From positions 96,001 through 160,000 of the forward strand of contig CAVQBK010000004.1 in assembly GCA_963710755.1 (NCBI GenBank): a DNA stretch of 64,000 nt, given 5' to 3'. Below, one piece after another: positions 32,202-42,731 of the stretch. This DNA is from an uncultured bacterium. GTDB taxonomy: Bacteria; Oederibacteriota; JAAXVQ01; JAUVAV01. Under the pieces are notes generated by a model. The model had not been told where the DNA came from, did not search any database, and worked only from the letters and a program-made list of their open reading frames with translations. The position numbers and the translations under genes are program-made. The first letter of the stretch is position 1. Each line of letters starts with the position of its first letter.

Positions 32202-34471
32202 GGAATAATCACCGAACTGGGCGGAGTGGAGTGGTTGTGGCGATAGCGTTCCAGCATCTGACGGGCGGGTTTGAAATCAGGATTGAGACTGAGGGCTCTG
32301 GTCCAGGTGTTAATCGCTTTGTCCACTTGATTCAGTTGTGCTTCCGTAACGCCAAGATTGAACAAGGCTTCCACATTTTCGGGGTTATAGCTTAACGCCC
32401 GCTGGTACACCTGTTGCGCAGCCTGGTAGAGGCGGTAGTTGTATAGTTCATTGCCTGCGCTAAAAGCAGTTTTTCCTGCTTCCTTGGGCTCGAATTTTGC
32501 CAATTGATCAAGCACCTCGAAAAAGTGGGTCTCGTCCCTTCGGCCTAGATAGGTCATGGCCAGATTGACATAGAACAGCACGGTCACAGGAGCGTAATGA
32601 ATAGCCTGTTTAAAATAGCTCACCGACTTTTTATAATAGGTCGGGTTGTCCGGTTCCAGGCTGGAGGCAAAGCCATAAGCCCTGCCCAGATTGCCGAGAT
32701 AATAGGCATTGGTGGGATTCATGGCCTGACCGGCATGGTAGAGGGCAATGGCTTTTTTTATCCATTCCAATTTTTGGCGGGTTTCTGGAACCACTTTGGC
32801 CATTTCCTCGTGGGCTAACCCATAATAGACCTGATACTTAACTTCCCAGGGGTCAGCAGCAGCGGCTTGTTTGAAATAAAACAGACTTTGCTGCTGTTGC
32901 CCTTGCATACGAAACAGGGTACCTAAATTGTAATCATAGTCCGCCCAGGCAATACGCAGACCTCCATAGGCCAGCCACCCGCCGGCGGCCAGCATCACCA
33001 GCATGAGCAGGGGCTTAAATGGCTGCAGGCTGCTGCTCCAGGCCGTGGGGGTGGGATTTTGAGCGGGTGCCGATTGTTCCTGCTGCTCTTTACTGCTCAT
33101 CATCAACATAAATACGGCCAGAATGATCCAATAGAAACTATCAATGGCCACCACCCCAAAGGAAAACAAATTTTGCACGGAATAGGCGGTCCAGGCGCCC
33201 AGGAGGCCCGTAAGGATGAGCCGGTCACGCCATTGGTCCTGGGCGCGATGATAGGCTTTTTTCCATTGTAGAAGAATCATCACCGTTAACCAGGTTACAA
33301 TAATCAAACCTACCAGCCCTTGGCACGCCAAAACTTGAAGGACTTCATTGTGGGCGGTGCGTGAGGATACATTGGCTCCATCCACCCGGGCGAACTCTGG
33401 GGTCGCATAGCGTGGGAAAACGGTCTTAAAAGTATCCAAGCCCGTGCCCAGAACAGGATGATGTTCAAAAATCTGCAGGGCTGGTTTCCAGATATACAAG
33501 CGGGATCGGGTAATGGCCTGATGGAAGTGGATAATGGTGTCCGCCATGCGGGCCATGTGATGGCGTCCAAAAGTGGCTGAAATGGACACCACCAGGAGCA
33601 ACACCATGCCAATCAAGGCCAGCCAGGACCGGTACTGCTTGACGGCCTTGTGAATCAAGACCTTAAAGGGCGCGCCTTGTTGCTGCGCACGTCTCTGCAG
33701 AATTCTGTAACCCTTCCATAAGGCAAAACCGGTTAATACCAACACGGCGGCCACCAATCCCAACAACCCGCCCCGGCTGTCTGTGCCCAGCAAGGCCCAG
33801 AACATGGCAATAAAGGAAAAAAGCAGCAGCGCTTTCCTGAATCTGGATTTGGTTTCCACAAAGAAGACAATCACCAGCGGCATGACCATGGACAGGTAAG
33901 CTGCCAAAAAATTGGGATTGCCCAAACTGGAGAAATAACGGCCGGGCGCAATGCTGTTGGGATTCCAGCGGATGAAGTCAATGCCAAAGAATTGCGCAAT
34001 ACCATAGAGGGTGATGATCAGGCCTGAAAGCAGAATGGTGAAAAGCAAACGGTCAATTTGTCGCCGGCTGCGAATGAAATTGGTGGCAATAAAAAAGAGG
34101 GCCGTATAGTTGAGCACCGTAATCAGGCCCCGGAAATTTTCGTATTCTCCCATCAGGGACACATAGCCGGAAACGGAAACTATGGTGGTGACTATTTGCA
34201 AGGCGCTCCATACCAATACCGGCAGGTCCAGGGGCGTACGCCTGAACGCTACCCGTCCTGCGGCCACAATCCTGACGCCCCACAGTCCCAGCATCAGACC
34301 CGTTAATACCCGCAGCACGGTCAGTTTGGGCAGTTCAAATTGATCGCGCGTATATATAATAAAAACCACAGGAATAAGAAACATGGTTAGGTAGAGAATG
34401 CTTGCAATCGCCTTATCGCAAAAGCGGATGATGTCCGAGGTATGAGTTGATGGGGTGATCATGCGTGCCAC
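32198..34471 (-). CDS. O-antigen ligase / oligosaccharyltransferase-like (Wzy_C) membrane protein with C-terminal TPRs
   Basis: Motifs LGNPNFLA, T.SRGG, R..IW, GTG..TF, AHNE; about 12 TM helices; TPR tail. Confidence 0.85.
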   Translation of the reverse strand: MARMITPSTHTSDIIRFCDKAIASILYLTMFLIPVVFIIYTRDQFELPKLTVLRVLTGLMLGLWGVRIVAAGRVAFRRTPLDLPVLVWSALQIVTTIVSVSGYVSLMGEYENFRGLITVLNYTALFFIATNFIRSRRQIDRLLFTILLSGLIITLYGIAQFFGIDFIRWNPNSIAPGRYFSSLGNPNFLAAYLSMVMPLVIVFFVETKSRFRKALLLFSFIAMFWALLGTDSRGGLLGLVAAVLVLTGFALWKGYRILQRRAQQQGAPFKVLIHKAVKQYRSWLALIGMVLLLVVSISATFGRHHMARMADTIIHFHQAITRSRLYIWKPALQIFEHHPVLGTGLDTFKTVFPRYATPEFARVDGANVSSRTAHNEVLQVLACQGLVGLIIVTWLTVMILLQWKKAYHRAQDQWRDRLILTGLLGAWTAYSVQNLFSFGVVAIDSFYWIILAVFMLMMSSKEQQEQSAPAQNPTPTAWSSSLQPFKPLLMLVMLAAGGWLAYGGLRIAWADYDYNLGTLFRMQGQQQQSLFYFKQAAAADPWEVKYQVYYGLAHEEMAKVVPETRQKLEWIKKAIALYHAGQAMNPTNAYYLGNLGRAYGFASSLEPDNPTYYKKSVSYFKQAIHYAPVTVLFYVNLAMTYLGRRDETHFFEVLDQLAKFEPKEAGKTAFSAGNELYNYRLYQAAQQVYQRALSYNPENVEALFNLGVTEAQLNQVDKAINTWTRALSLNPDFKPARQMLERYRHNHSTPPSSVIIP

Positions 34472-34666
34472 GTCCGCCTCCTTGGGGGATGAATCCTACC
34501 TAACTTTGGGGGAGAAAATAAAACACAGGTATCATAGGCAAGCCAAGAAGACCTGTCAACAGCTATTGCCCGGAGAGGGTATTCTCAAGGTTGTTGTGTA
34601 ATTAAAGTCAATATGCTACCATGACCCCTTTCCCAGTGGGAAAGTTTTTGAGATTAGGGGAAGATC

Positions 34667-35227
34667 ATGGGGCAGCTAAAAGGCACACGTTTTTTGGATG
34701 TAAAAGAATACTTGGCTCTGGAGTATGGCCAAGCAGGGCTGGAAAGGCTGTTCAAAGCTTTAACACCCGAAGATCAGGCATTTTTCAGCAGGCCCATTAC
34801 CGCCATTTCCTGGATTGATTACGGCGCCTACATGCGTTATGTGCTTAAAGCAGACAAAGTGCTGGGTAAAGGTGATACGCAACTGATCACAGAAACCGCC
34901 AAATATGCCTGTCAGAAACAATTTAAAGGAATTTACAAATTTTTTATTTCCTTTACCACTCCGGAGTTTGTCCTGAAACGGGTAACTCAGGTGTGGCGCC
35001 AGTTTCACAGCCAGGGCACCCTGACTCTGGATAAATCCGGACCAGGATTGGGCGTGCTGAAGTTGGTGGATTTTCCCGACATACCCCTTTATCATGATTT
35101 ATCCCATACGCCCTATATGGCAGAGATTCTGAGATTGTCTTCCGCAAAAAACGTCAAAGGGTCACACCCCAAATGTATTGCCCGTGGCGATGATCACTGT
35201 CTGTTTAGTTTCAGCTGGGATAGTTAA
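34667..35227 (+). CDS. DUF2378/TIGR02265-like protein with V4R-like C-terminus
   Basis: N-terminal KG, W..Y..Y, W..FH..G, C.ARGD..C.F...W (recognised from motifs only). Confidence 0.6.
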   Translation: MGQLKGTRFLDVKEYLALEYGQAGLERLFKALTPEDQAFFSRPITAISWIDYGAYMRYVLKADKVLGKGDTQLITETAKYACQKQFKGIYKFFISFTTPEFVLKRVTQVWRQFHSQGTLTLDKSGPGLGVLKLVDFPDIPLYHDLSHTPYMAEILRLSSAKNVKGSHPKCIARGDDHCLFSFSWDS

Positions 35228-35385
35228 TCCTTTTAATACGTTCCCGTGCATCCCCGCATCTCAAAGACTGTGTCACCAGGCACGGACTCGCACACTAGTA
35301 TCCCCTCGCCTAAGAAAAAAGCGGCTTGTGATGGTTGTTCCGCATTTTCTGAAAATGACGACACAGCCTATCAAGGCGAGCTGTT

Positions 35386-36936
35386 TTAATTTAACCCTTG
35401 ATGCTGCCAATAACGTTTGTCCAGAGCCCGGTACTGAATGGCCTCGCTCACATGACGGGCGGCAATGGTGTCACTGTCTTCCAGGTCTGCAATAGTGCGG
35501 GCTACTTTTAGCAGCCGGTGATAAGCGCGGGCACTGAGACCAAGGCGGTCGATGGCTGCTTTAATGATGCTCTGGCCCGAGTTGTCCAGTTGGCAATATT
35601 GCCGCACCATGCGGGCGTTGAGATGGGCATTCACCATGGTGGGATCATGGTGGGCATAGCGCTGAGCTTGGAGGGCACGGCCGCTGGCGACCCGCTGGCG
35701 TATAGCCGTCGACGATTCGCTTTCCTCCTGTCCGGTTAATTCCTGATAGTTCACAGAAGGCATTTCCAGATGAATATCAAAACGGTCCAATAAGGGGCCG
35801 GATATTTTACCTAAATATTTATGAATTTGATGGGGCATACAGGTGCAATTCTTGGCGGGATCGGCAAAATAACCGCATGGGCAGGGATTCATGGCGGCCA
35901 GTAGCATGAATCTGCAGGGATAGGTCACGGCCGCAGCTGTACGGGCAATGGAGACCTGACCTTCTTCCAGGGGCTGTCGCAGCACCTCCAAGGCGTGCTT
36001 GGAAAATTCAGGCAATTCATCGAGGAACAACACCCCGTGATGAGCCAGGGAGACCTCTCCTGGTTTGGGGTAAGTGCCACCACCGATGAGGGCCACATTG
36101 CTGACCGTATGGTGAGGAGCGCGAAAGGGACGGGTGGTGACCAGGGCACTGTTGGACGGCAATTGGTTGCTAACACTGTAGACCGCCGTGGTCTCCAAGG
36201 CTTCGGCTAGGGTTAGCTCCGGCAAAATGGTGGGCATGCGGTTGGCCAGCATACTCTTACCACTGCCAGGCGGACCGATCATGAGCAGATTGTGTCCCCC
36301 CGCAGCAGCCACTTCCAAGGCGCGCTTGGCATGAAGCTGACCGCGCACATCGGCGAAATCCACCTGATGGATGCGGCGATCCTGGAATAGCTGATCCACA
36401 TCCACTTGCTGTGGCAACAGTGCTCTTTTTTGATTAATGAAGTCCACAGCCCGCAACAGATGGTCCACTGCAAAGACTTCTACGCCAGCTACCACGGCTG
36501 CTTCCTGAGCATTGGCCTGGGGCACCATTAATTTGGTAAACCCATGGGTCCGGGCAGCATGAGTTAAGGCCAGGGTACCTTGTACCGGGCTAACCTTGCC
36601 GTCCAGGGAGAGTTCGCCAAAAATTAAAAAGTCACTGAGCCATTCAGGATTGAGCTGCCCACTGGCAGCCAGGATAGCCAGGGCAATAGGCAAATCAAAG
36701 GCCGGGCCTTCTTTTTTCAAATGAGCCGGTGCCAGATTAATGGTGATTTTTTTTACGGGCAAGGTAAGTTCCGTATTTTTAAAGGCTGAGATGACCCGGT
36801 CACGGCTTTCCTTGACGGCTGTGTCCGGCAGGCCAACGATGTTAAAACTGGGTAACCCCCGGCTTACATCGGCTTCTGCGGCCACCAGCCGGGAGGAAAT
36901 ACCCCACAGAGCACTGCTAAAAACCTTGGCAAACAT
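35386..36936 (-). CDS. comM: YifB/ComM family Mg-chelatase-like AAA+ ATPase
   Basis: Motifs GLPD.AVKESRDRV, GPPGSGKS, PFRAPHH, GEVSLAH.GVLFLDE, NPCPCG, ARTIADL. Confidence 0.92.
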   Translation of the reverse strand: MFAKVFSSALWGISSRLVAAEADVSRGLPSFNIVGLPDTAVKESRDRVISAFKNTELTLPVKKITINLAPAHLKKEGPAFDLPIALAILAASGQLNPEWLSDFLIFGELSLDGKVSPVQGTLALTHAARTHGFTKLMVPQANAQEAAVVAGVEVFAVDHLLRAVDFINQKRALLPQQVDVDQLFQDRRIHQVDFADVRGQLHAKRALEVAAAGGHNLLMIGPPGSGKSMLANRMPTILPELTLAEALETTAVYSVSNQLPSNSALVTTRPFRAPHHTVSNVALIGGGTYPKPGEVSLAHHGVLFLDELPEFSKHALEVLRQPLEEGQVSIARTAAAVTYPCRFMLLAAMNPCPCGYFADPAKNCTCMPHQIHKYLGKISGPLLDRFDIHLEMPSVNYQELTGQEESESSTAIRQRVASGRALQAQRYAHHDPTMVNAHLNARMVRQYCQLDNSGQSIIKAAIDRLGLSARAYHRLLKVARTIADLEDSDTIAARHVSEAIQYRALDKRYWQHQGLN

Positions 36937-37199
36937 GTCGATCCTCCATCATTTTTCCCAGCTAAGGGGAATGAGTCCTGTGAAGCCCTCAAGGCAAGCG
37001 TTAAGCGAGGCAACATGGGGGAAAGCAACAAAGACTAATGAATGGACATGGGATTGCCGGTTTTCTTTCAAAAAAAATAAAAAAGATGACAAAAAGACAT
37101 TAAAAGCATAAAATTAGTCCATTGGATCCTATTGGTTAGGCAGGCAGAGCCATGCTTAATGATTTTTTGTCGAATTGATAGTCATTGGGAGTCGGGGTA

Positions 37200-37577
37200 A
37201 TGCATAAAAAAACCGTCATGATTGTTGAGGACGAGCCGGATATCATCATGCTTCTTAAAAGAAGCTTAAGCAGTAAACCTTTTACTATTCTGGAGGCCAA
37301 TTCCGGAACAGAGGCTTTGCAATCCCTGAAAACGAAAAATCCGGATTTAATTATCCTGGACATCATGATGCCCGATATGGATGGATTTGAAGTATGCCGA
37401 TTGGTTAAGTCCGATGACAAAACCAAAGCGATTCCCGTTATTTTTCTGTCTGTCAGAAACAGTGAAGAAGACATGAACCGCGGCAAGGAAGCCGGGGCTA
37501 TCGGTTATTTCAGCAAGCCCTTTGACCCCTTCCGTCTGGCCGATACTATCGACCATTTATTGACCGATCAAAATTGA
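37200..37577 (+). CDS. Single-domain response regulator (REC)
   Basis: Motifs VEDE, LDIMMPDMDG, KPF. Confidence 0.92.
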   Translation: MHKKTVMIVEDEPDIIMLLKRSLSSKPFTILEANSGTEALQSLKTKNPDLIILDIMMPDMDGFEVCRLVKSDDKTKAIPVIFLSVRNSEEDMNRGKEAGAIGYFSKPFDPFRLADTIDHLLTDQN

Positions 37578-37735
37578 GAAATTATCATTTATTCACTTTA
37601 CAATAAGGTTTTTTTCATGATAATGCTTACAGTTCTTGGGTTCACCTCTGAGGAAAAGACCAAAGGCTTTGTTTATTATAAAGAGGGCGTCTTGCTACAC
37701 GTCTTCAAGGAAACCATTAATTATTTAGGATTATT

Positions 37736-38581
37736 ATGGGTAGAGTAATTGCCGTTGTTAACCAAAAAGGCGGGGTCGGCAAAACCACCACGTCCATCAA
37801 TTTGGCAGCCAGTTTGGGCACGTTGGGAAAAAAAGTGCTGCTCATTGACACTGATCCTCAGGGCAACACCACCGTTGGCTTGGGGTTTGATAAAGAAAAA
37901 CTAGACCTTAGTGTCTACGATATATTAATTGGTCGCAGTACGGTCAATGAGGTGATCATCCCGACAGAAGCCAAGTCACTCGATTTGATACCTGCCAACG
38001 TTCATTTATCGGGGGCGGAAATTGAGCTGGTCAATACCATCGCCCGCGAGACCAAATTAAAACAAGCCCTGAGTCCGGTCAAAGAACTTTATGACTACAT
38101 TCTCATTGATTGTCCGCCATCACTGGGCCTGTTAACCATCAATACCCTGACGGCAGCGGAAACCGTGCTTATCCCCATTCAGTGCGAATTTTATGCCTTG
38201 GATGGCGTGGGCCAATTACTGAGAACGATTATTTTGGTCAAAAACGGACTTAATCCCAACTTGCATATTGAAGGGGTGCTGCTGACCATGTGTGATTTGC
38301 GTACCAATTTATCGGTTCAAGTCATGCAGGAAATCAAAAAACGTTTTCAAAATAAAGTCTATGACACGGTTATTCCCCGCAATGTTAAACTGTCGGAAGC
38401 GCCCAGTTTTGGGAAGCCGATTTCAGAATATGACGAACGCTGTATTGGTGCCGTTGCCTATAAAAAATTGGCGGAAGAGCTGATAGCCCGTCATCAGCCG
38501 GTGGCGCCTGTTTCACCTGGAAACACCGGAGGGGATACCCCCGCTTTCCCCGCATCATCCAGTGTGTTGCCCCAACCATAA
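37736..38581 (+). CDS. parA: Chromosome partitioning ATPase ParA/Soj
   Basis: Motifs NQKGGVGKTT, DTDPQGN, DCPPSLG, IPRNVKLSEAPSFG. Confidence 0.96.
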   Translation: MGRVIAVVNQKGGVGKTTTSINLAASLGTLGKKVLLIDTDPQGNTTVGLGFDKEKLDLSVYDILIGRSTVNEVIIPTEAKSLDLIPANVHLSGAEIELVNTIARETKLKQALSPVKELYDYILIDCPPSLGLLTINTLTAAETVLIPIQCEFYALDGVGQLLRTIILVKNGLNPNLHIEGVLLTMCDLRTNLSVQVMQEIKKRFQNKVYDTVIPRNVKLSEAPSFGKPISEYDERCIGAVAYKKLAEELIARHQPVAPVSPGNTGGDTPAFPASSSVLPQP

Positions 38582-38636
38582 TCTTTGCCTGTAAAGGGAA
38601 AGCAGAACCAAGATTTTTATGAAACGAGGTGCGCCG

Positions 38637-39509
38637 ATGAGCCGACAAGCCCTTGGCCGTGGTCTGGAAGCTTTAATTCCCCTGCAAGGAGATCCTGACC
38701 AGCAGGTTGTTAATCCTGATAGTGTGGCCCACGTGGCCATTGACCGGATTGTGCCCAATCCTTTCCAGCCGCGCCAGGATTTTGATCCCCAGGAATTGGA
38801 AGAATTGGCTGCTTCTGTTTTGGAAAAAGGCATTATCCAGCCTATCCTGGTACGTCCCAAGTCAGATGGTCAGTTCGAATTGGTAGCCGGAGAACGGCGC
38901 TGGCGTGCCGCCAAGTTGTCAGGTCTGGCGCAAGTGCCGGTGGTGGTCCGGCCTATGAACGATGCCGAATCCCTGGAAATTGCCATCATTGAAAATGTGC
39001 AACGCGCCGACTTGAATCCCGTGGAAGAAGCATTGGCTTATCAGCAACTGATCAACGAATTTACATTGACCCAGGACGAGGTGGCGCAAAAAGTTGGCAA
39101 GAACCGCTCGTCCGTATCCAATACGTTGCGGCTTTTAAAACTTCCGCAAGCTGTATTAAATAAAGTACGCGATGGTCGTCTGTCGGAAGGCCATGCCCGG
39201 GCATTGCTGAGCATTGAGGATATTGATCTCATGGAGCGGCTGGCTGATAAAATCTTGCGTGACAATCTGTCTGTGCGGGAAACGGAAAAAATTGCCGGTG
39301 GCATGAAATCAGCACCAGCAGAATCCAAGCCGGGTAAAGCTCATAAAACAGACTTTAAAGATCCCCATACCCGCCACCTGGAAGATGAGCTTAAACGCAA
39401 ACTGGGTACGCAGGTTAAGGTGTTGCCCAAGAGTGCCAGCAAAGGCAAAATTGAAATCGACTATTATTCCCTGGAAGATCTGGACCGCATTATTTCCATT
39501 TTAGGTTAA
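38637..39509 (+). CDS. parB: ParB/Spo0J partition protein
   Basis: Motifs LGRGL.ALI, PNPFQPR, AGERRWRA, IENVQR.DLNP, HTH, GHARAL. Confidence 0.96.
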   Translation: MSRQALGRGLEALIPLQGDPDQQVVNPDSVAHVAIDRIVPNPFQPRQDFDPQELEELAASVLEKGIIQPILVRPKSDGQFELVAGERRWRAAKLSGLAQVPVVVRPMNDAESLEIAIIENVQRADLNPVEEALAYQQLINEFTLTQDEVAQKVGKNRSSVSNTLRLLKLPQAVLNKVRDGRLSEGHARALLSIEDIDLMERLADKILRDNLSVRETEKIAGGMKSAPAESKPGKAHKTDFKDPHTRHLEDELKRKLGTQVKVLPKSASKGKIEIDYYSLEDLDRIISILG

Positions 39510-39558
39510 AAAAATAGGTTAACTTTTTAAATATCAATAAAAAATATTAACAAAATAA

Positions 39559-39587
39559 TTGACCAAAATAATGGCTATTGTTATATT
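39559..39587 (+). promoter_or_regulatory. Sigma70-type promoter for M23-bactofilin-gltX
   Basis: TTGACC-17 bp-TATATT with extended TG. Confidence 0.6.
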
Positions 39588-39629
39588 AAATTATAGGGCA
39601 ATTGTCCGATACTTTGATTGGTGATACTT

Positions 39630-40535
39630 ATGACAAAAAAAGGGTCGAACAAAGAAAATTATTTCACGCTAATGTTTATTCCTCACGACCACCGTAAAGT
39701 ATATACCTTCAAGGTATCGGGGTGGTTAATAGGAGGTTTAAGCTTAATCCTGCTGGCTGTCATAGGTGCGTCTTCTTTCATTCTTACCCAACATGTCAAT
39801 TACGAACTGACCAAACGGGCCAATATCAATTTAACTGAAAAAAATGCTTATTTTGTCCAAGAACTGGCTAAAACACATGATGCCTTCAAGCGTGTCAGTA
39901 AAATCGAAGATGAATTCCGGGCCATGCTCAAAATGAAGAATAAACCGAACTCCATTAAATATACCGGCGAAGGCGGGCCTACCATAGCCGATCAAAGTTT
40001 CATTGATAATCTCAGCAAGCGGTCCACCCTGACGCCCAATGAATTTGCCCAAAGCCTCAACTATCTTAAGAGCAATGCCAAGCTACGCATTGAAAACTAT
40101 CGTGAGATTAAAAATTACATTGCCACGCAGCGATCACTTTTGGCCGCCAAGCCCAATAGTTGGCCGGTCAGAGGGTGGATTACCTCCCGCTTCGGACCGC
40201 GCAAATCACCTTTCTTTACCACCATCACCAATCATGAAGGCATCGACATTGCCAATGAAGAAGGCTCTTCCATCAAAGCCCCGGCCGACGGGGTGGTGAC
40301 TTTTTCCGGCTGGCAGGGCAGTTATGGTAAATTGATTGTTATTGATCATGGCTACGGCTATTCCACCCGTTATGGTCACATGAGCAGGCTGCTGGTCAAT
40401 GTAGGCCAGCGTGTTCGTCGCGGACAAGTGATCGGGTTCATGGGGTCTACCGGCCGTTCCACGGCATCACATTTGCATTTTGAAATCCGGGTCAACGGCG
40501 TTCCCGTCAATCCTCTAAAATACTTAAAACAATAA
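39630..40535 (+). CDS. M23 family metallopeptidase, membrane anchored
   Basis: Motifs HEGID, YGH, HLHFE; N-terminal TM. Confidence 0.9.
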   Translation: MTKKGSNKENYFTLMFIPHDHRKVYTFKVSGWLIGGLSLILLAVIGASSFILTQHVNYELTKRANINLTEKNAYFVQELAKTHDAFKRVSKIEDEFRAMLKMKNKPNSIKYTGEGGPTIADQSFIDNLSKRSTLTPNEFAQSLNYLKSNAKLRIENYREIKNYIATQRSLLAAKPNSWPVRGWITSRFGPRKSPFFTTITNHEGIDIANEEGSSIKAPADGVVTFSGWQGSYGKLIVIDHGYGYSTRYGHMSRLLVNVGQRVRRGQVIGFMGSTGRSTASHLHFEIRVNGVPVNPLKYLKQ

Positions 40536-40548
40536 TCTGGAGAAAACC

Positions 40549-40932
40549 ATGGCCAATGAACGTGTGGGAAGTGTGGACACCCTGCTGGGGGTGGGATCAG
40601 ACTTTAAGGGACAAATCAACGCCAAAGGCACCATCCGCGTCGATGGCAGGGTGGAAGGCAATATCAGCAGCGAAGAAGGCGTCATTATCGGTGATAAAGG
40701 CGTGGTCAAAGGCAACCTTAGTGCCAAAGCCATTATGATCTCCGGTAAAGTTACGGGTAATGTGATTGCCACCAAACGGCTAGAGATTACCCCTACGGGT
40801 CAATTGCAGGGCGATATCAGCACCCCCCGACTGGCGATTGCGGAAGGTGTTATTTTCAAGGGTAATTGCGATATGGGTTTCGACAAGTTTGAACTGGAAA
40901 ACAAGTACGATCCCAACCGTCCCAAGAAATAA
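40549..40932 (+). CDS. Bactofilin (polymer-forming cytoskeletal protein)
   Basis: Beta-helix repeats (IRVDGRVEGNI, IMISGKVTGNV, GDI...RLAIAEG..F.G.C). Confidence 0.92.
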   Translation: MANERVGSVDTLLGVGSDFKGQINAKGTIRVDGRVEGNISSEEGVIIGDKGVVKGNLSAKAIMISGKVTGNVIATKRLEITPTGQLQGDISTPRLAIAEGVIFKGNCDMGFDKFELENKYDPNRPKK

Positions 40933-41027
40933 TTCTTACCATCCCAAACCAACAAATGTTGTAGGGACCAGAACCCTTTTTAAGGTCAAGAAGCGGTCTG
41001 GTCCCTGTCTTTATTTAAGGAGGAATT

Positions 41028-42506
41028 ATGTCATCTTCTGTACGGGTGCGTTTTGCACCGTCGCCTACCGGCCATCTGCACATTGGCGGCGCCAGAACGG
41101 CGCTCTTTAATTATCTCTTTGCCAAACGTCATCAGGGTGTGTTTGTGCTCCGTTTAGAGGATACGGATCAGGAACGCAGCACCCAGGAATCAGTGGACAT
41201 GATTTTGCATGACCTTAAATGGCTGGGCCTGACTTGGGATGAAGGTCCGGAAGCAGGTGGGGCCTTTGGACCCTATCGTCAAACCGAGCGGCTGGAGATT
41301 TACCGGGAGAAAGCGGATCAGCTGGTGGCCGAAGGCCATGCCTATCCCTGCTTCTGCACAACCGAAGAGGTGGAGGCCATGCGCGAGGCGGCCAAGGCCA
41401 AAGGAGAACAGCCCAAGTATGACGGCCGTTGCCGCTTGCTTCCCAAGGAAGCAGCCAGGGCCCGGATGGCCAAGGGGGAAGCTCATGTTCTGCGCTTCCG
41501 CTCTCCCCAAAAAGGTGAAACGGTGATCGACGATCTGATTCGGGGCAAGGTTACCTTCGACAATCAGCAGATGGATGACTTTGTGATCGTACGCAGCAAT
41601 GGCCTGCCCACTTATAATTTTGCCGCAGTCATTGATGATGCAGCCATGAAGATGACCCATATCATTCGCGGCGACGATCATCTTTCCAATACGCCCAAGC
41701 AGATTTTTATCTATCAGGCCTTGAATGAATCGTTACCGGCTTTTGCCCATGTGCCCATGATCTTGGGGCCTGATAAAACCAGGCTTTCCAAACGTCATGG
41801 CGCCACCTCGGTGGGGGCCTATGAAGCTGAAGGCTATATGCCGGAAGCCTTAATCAATTATCTGGCCTTGCTGGGCTGGGCGCTGGACGACAAAACCACA
41901 TTACTGACCCAGGCTGAGTTGGAAACTCATTTCAGCTTGGAGAAGGTCAGCAAGAACCCCGCGGTGTTTGATCCGCAAAAACTGATGTGGATGAACGGTC
42001 AGTACATGCGCAGCATTGAGGAGCCGCTTTATGTGGAACGAGCCTTTAAGGTCTTGTCTGAAGATGAACACCTGGGTCAGGCTTTCCGGAAAGCGGACCA
42101 GGACTATAATGAAGCCGTAGTGAAAGTGGTAAGGGAAAAATTCAAACTCTTTTCCGAATTGCCGGAACAGGTCCGCTATTTTTATCTGGAGCCTGATTTG
42201 GAACAAGTGGAGGATAAAGCCCGGGATAAATTAGCCACCATGGGCCAACACCCTGACTTATTCCAGGCCTTGTATGCCAGCCTCAGCCAAGTGACGTCTT
42301 TTGATCAAGCCGGCTTGGAGAAGGTCCTGCAAACTTTTGTGGATCAACATCAGGTAAAATTCGGTGTGTTGGCCCATCCCCTTAGGGTATGTTTGACCGG
42401 CCGGGTGGCCTCGCCGGGACTGTTTGAGATCATGGTGATTTTAGGGCAGGAAAAAACGCTTTCTCGCTTAAAAGCAGGCTTTAAAAAAATAGAAATTAAT
42501 GTATAA
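41028..42506 (+). CDS. gltX: Glutamate--tRNA ligase
   Basis: Motifs RFAPSPTG.LHIGG, LSKRHG, YPCFC. Confidence 0.97.
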   Translation: MSSSVRVRFAPSPTGHLHIGGARTALFNYLFAKRHQGVFVLRLEDTDQERSTQESVDMILHDLKWLGLTWDEGPEAGGAFGPYRQTERLEIYREKADQLVAEGHAYPCFCTTEEVEAMREAAKAKGEQPKYDGRCRLLPKEAARARMAKGEAHVLRFRSPQKGETVIDDLIRGKVTFDNQQMDDFVIVRSNGLPTYNFAAVIDDAAMKMTHIIRGDDHLSNTPKQIFIYQALNESLPAFAHVPMILGPDKTRLSKRHGATSVGAYEAEGYMPEALINYLALLGWALDDKTTLLTQAELETHFSLEKVSKNPAVFDPQKLMWMNGQYMRSIEEPLYVERAFKVLSEDEHLGQAFRKADQDYNEAVVKVVREKFKLFSELPEQVRYFYLEPDLEQVEDKARDKLATMGQHPDLFQALYASLSQVTSFDQAGLEKVLQTFVDQHQVKFGVLAHPLRVCLTGRVASPGLFEIMVILGQEKTLSRLKAGFKKIEINV

Positions 42507-42519
42507 TAATCAGCCTTGC

Positions 42520-42595
42520 TGCCGACTAGCTCAACTGGTAGAGCACCTGCCTCTGGAGCAGGGGGTTTCAGGTTCAAGCCCTGAGTCGGCAGCCA
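42520..42595 (+). tRNA. tRNA-Gln(CTG)
   Basis: Acceptor stem TGCCGAC/GTCGGCA; anticodon arm CCTGC-CT CTG GA-GCAGG; TTCAAG T-loop; encoded CCA. Confidence 0.95.
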
Positions 42596-42597
42596 AC

Positions 42598-42631
42598 AAA
42601 AAAAGCGGGTCTTTAAGACCCGCTTTTTTTT
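42598..42631. terminator. Bidirectional intrinsic terminator
   Basis: AAAAAAAGCGGGTCT-TTA-AGACCCGCTTTTTTT. Confidence 0.85.
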
Positions 42632-42731
42632 GTTTCCAAAACGACAGTATTTTTCCGGGAGCGAATAATTAGTCGCCTCTGCGCAGACTCCGCGGTCGTG
42701 CCTGCTTGGAAAAATGGCCTGGCCTTGACCA

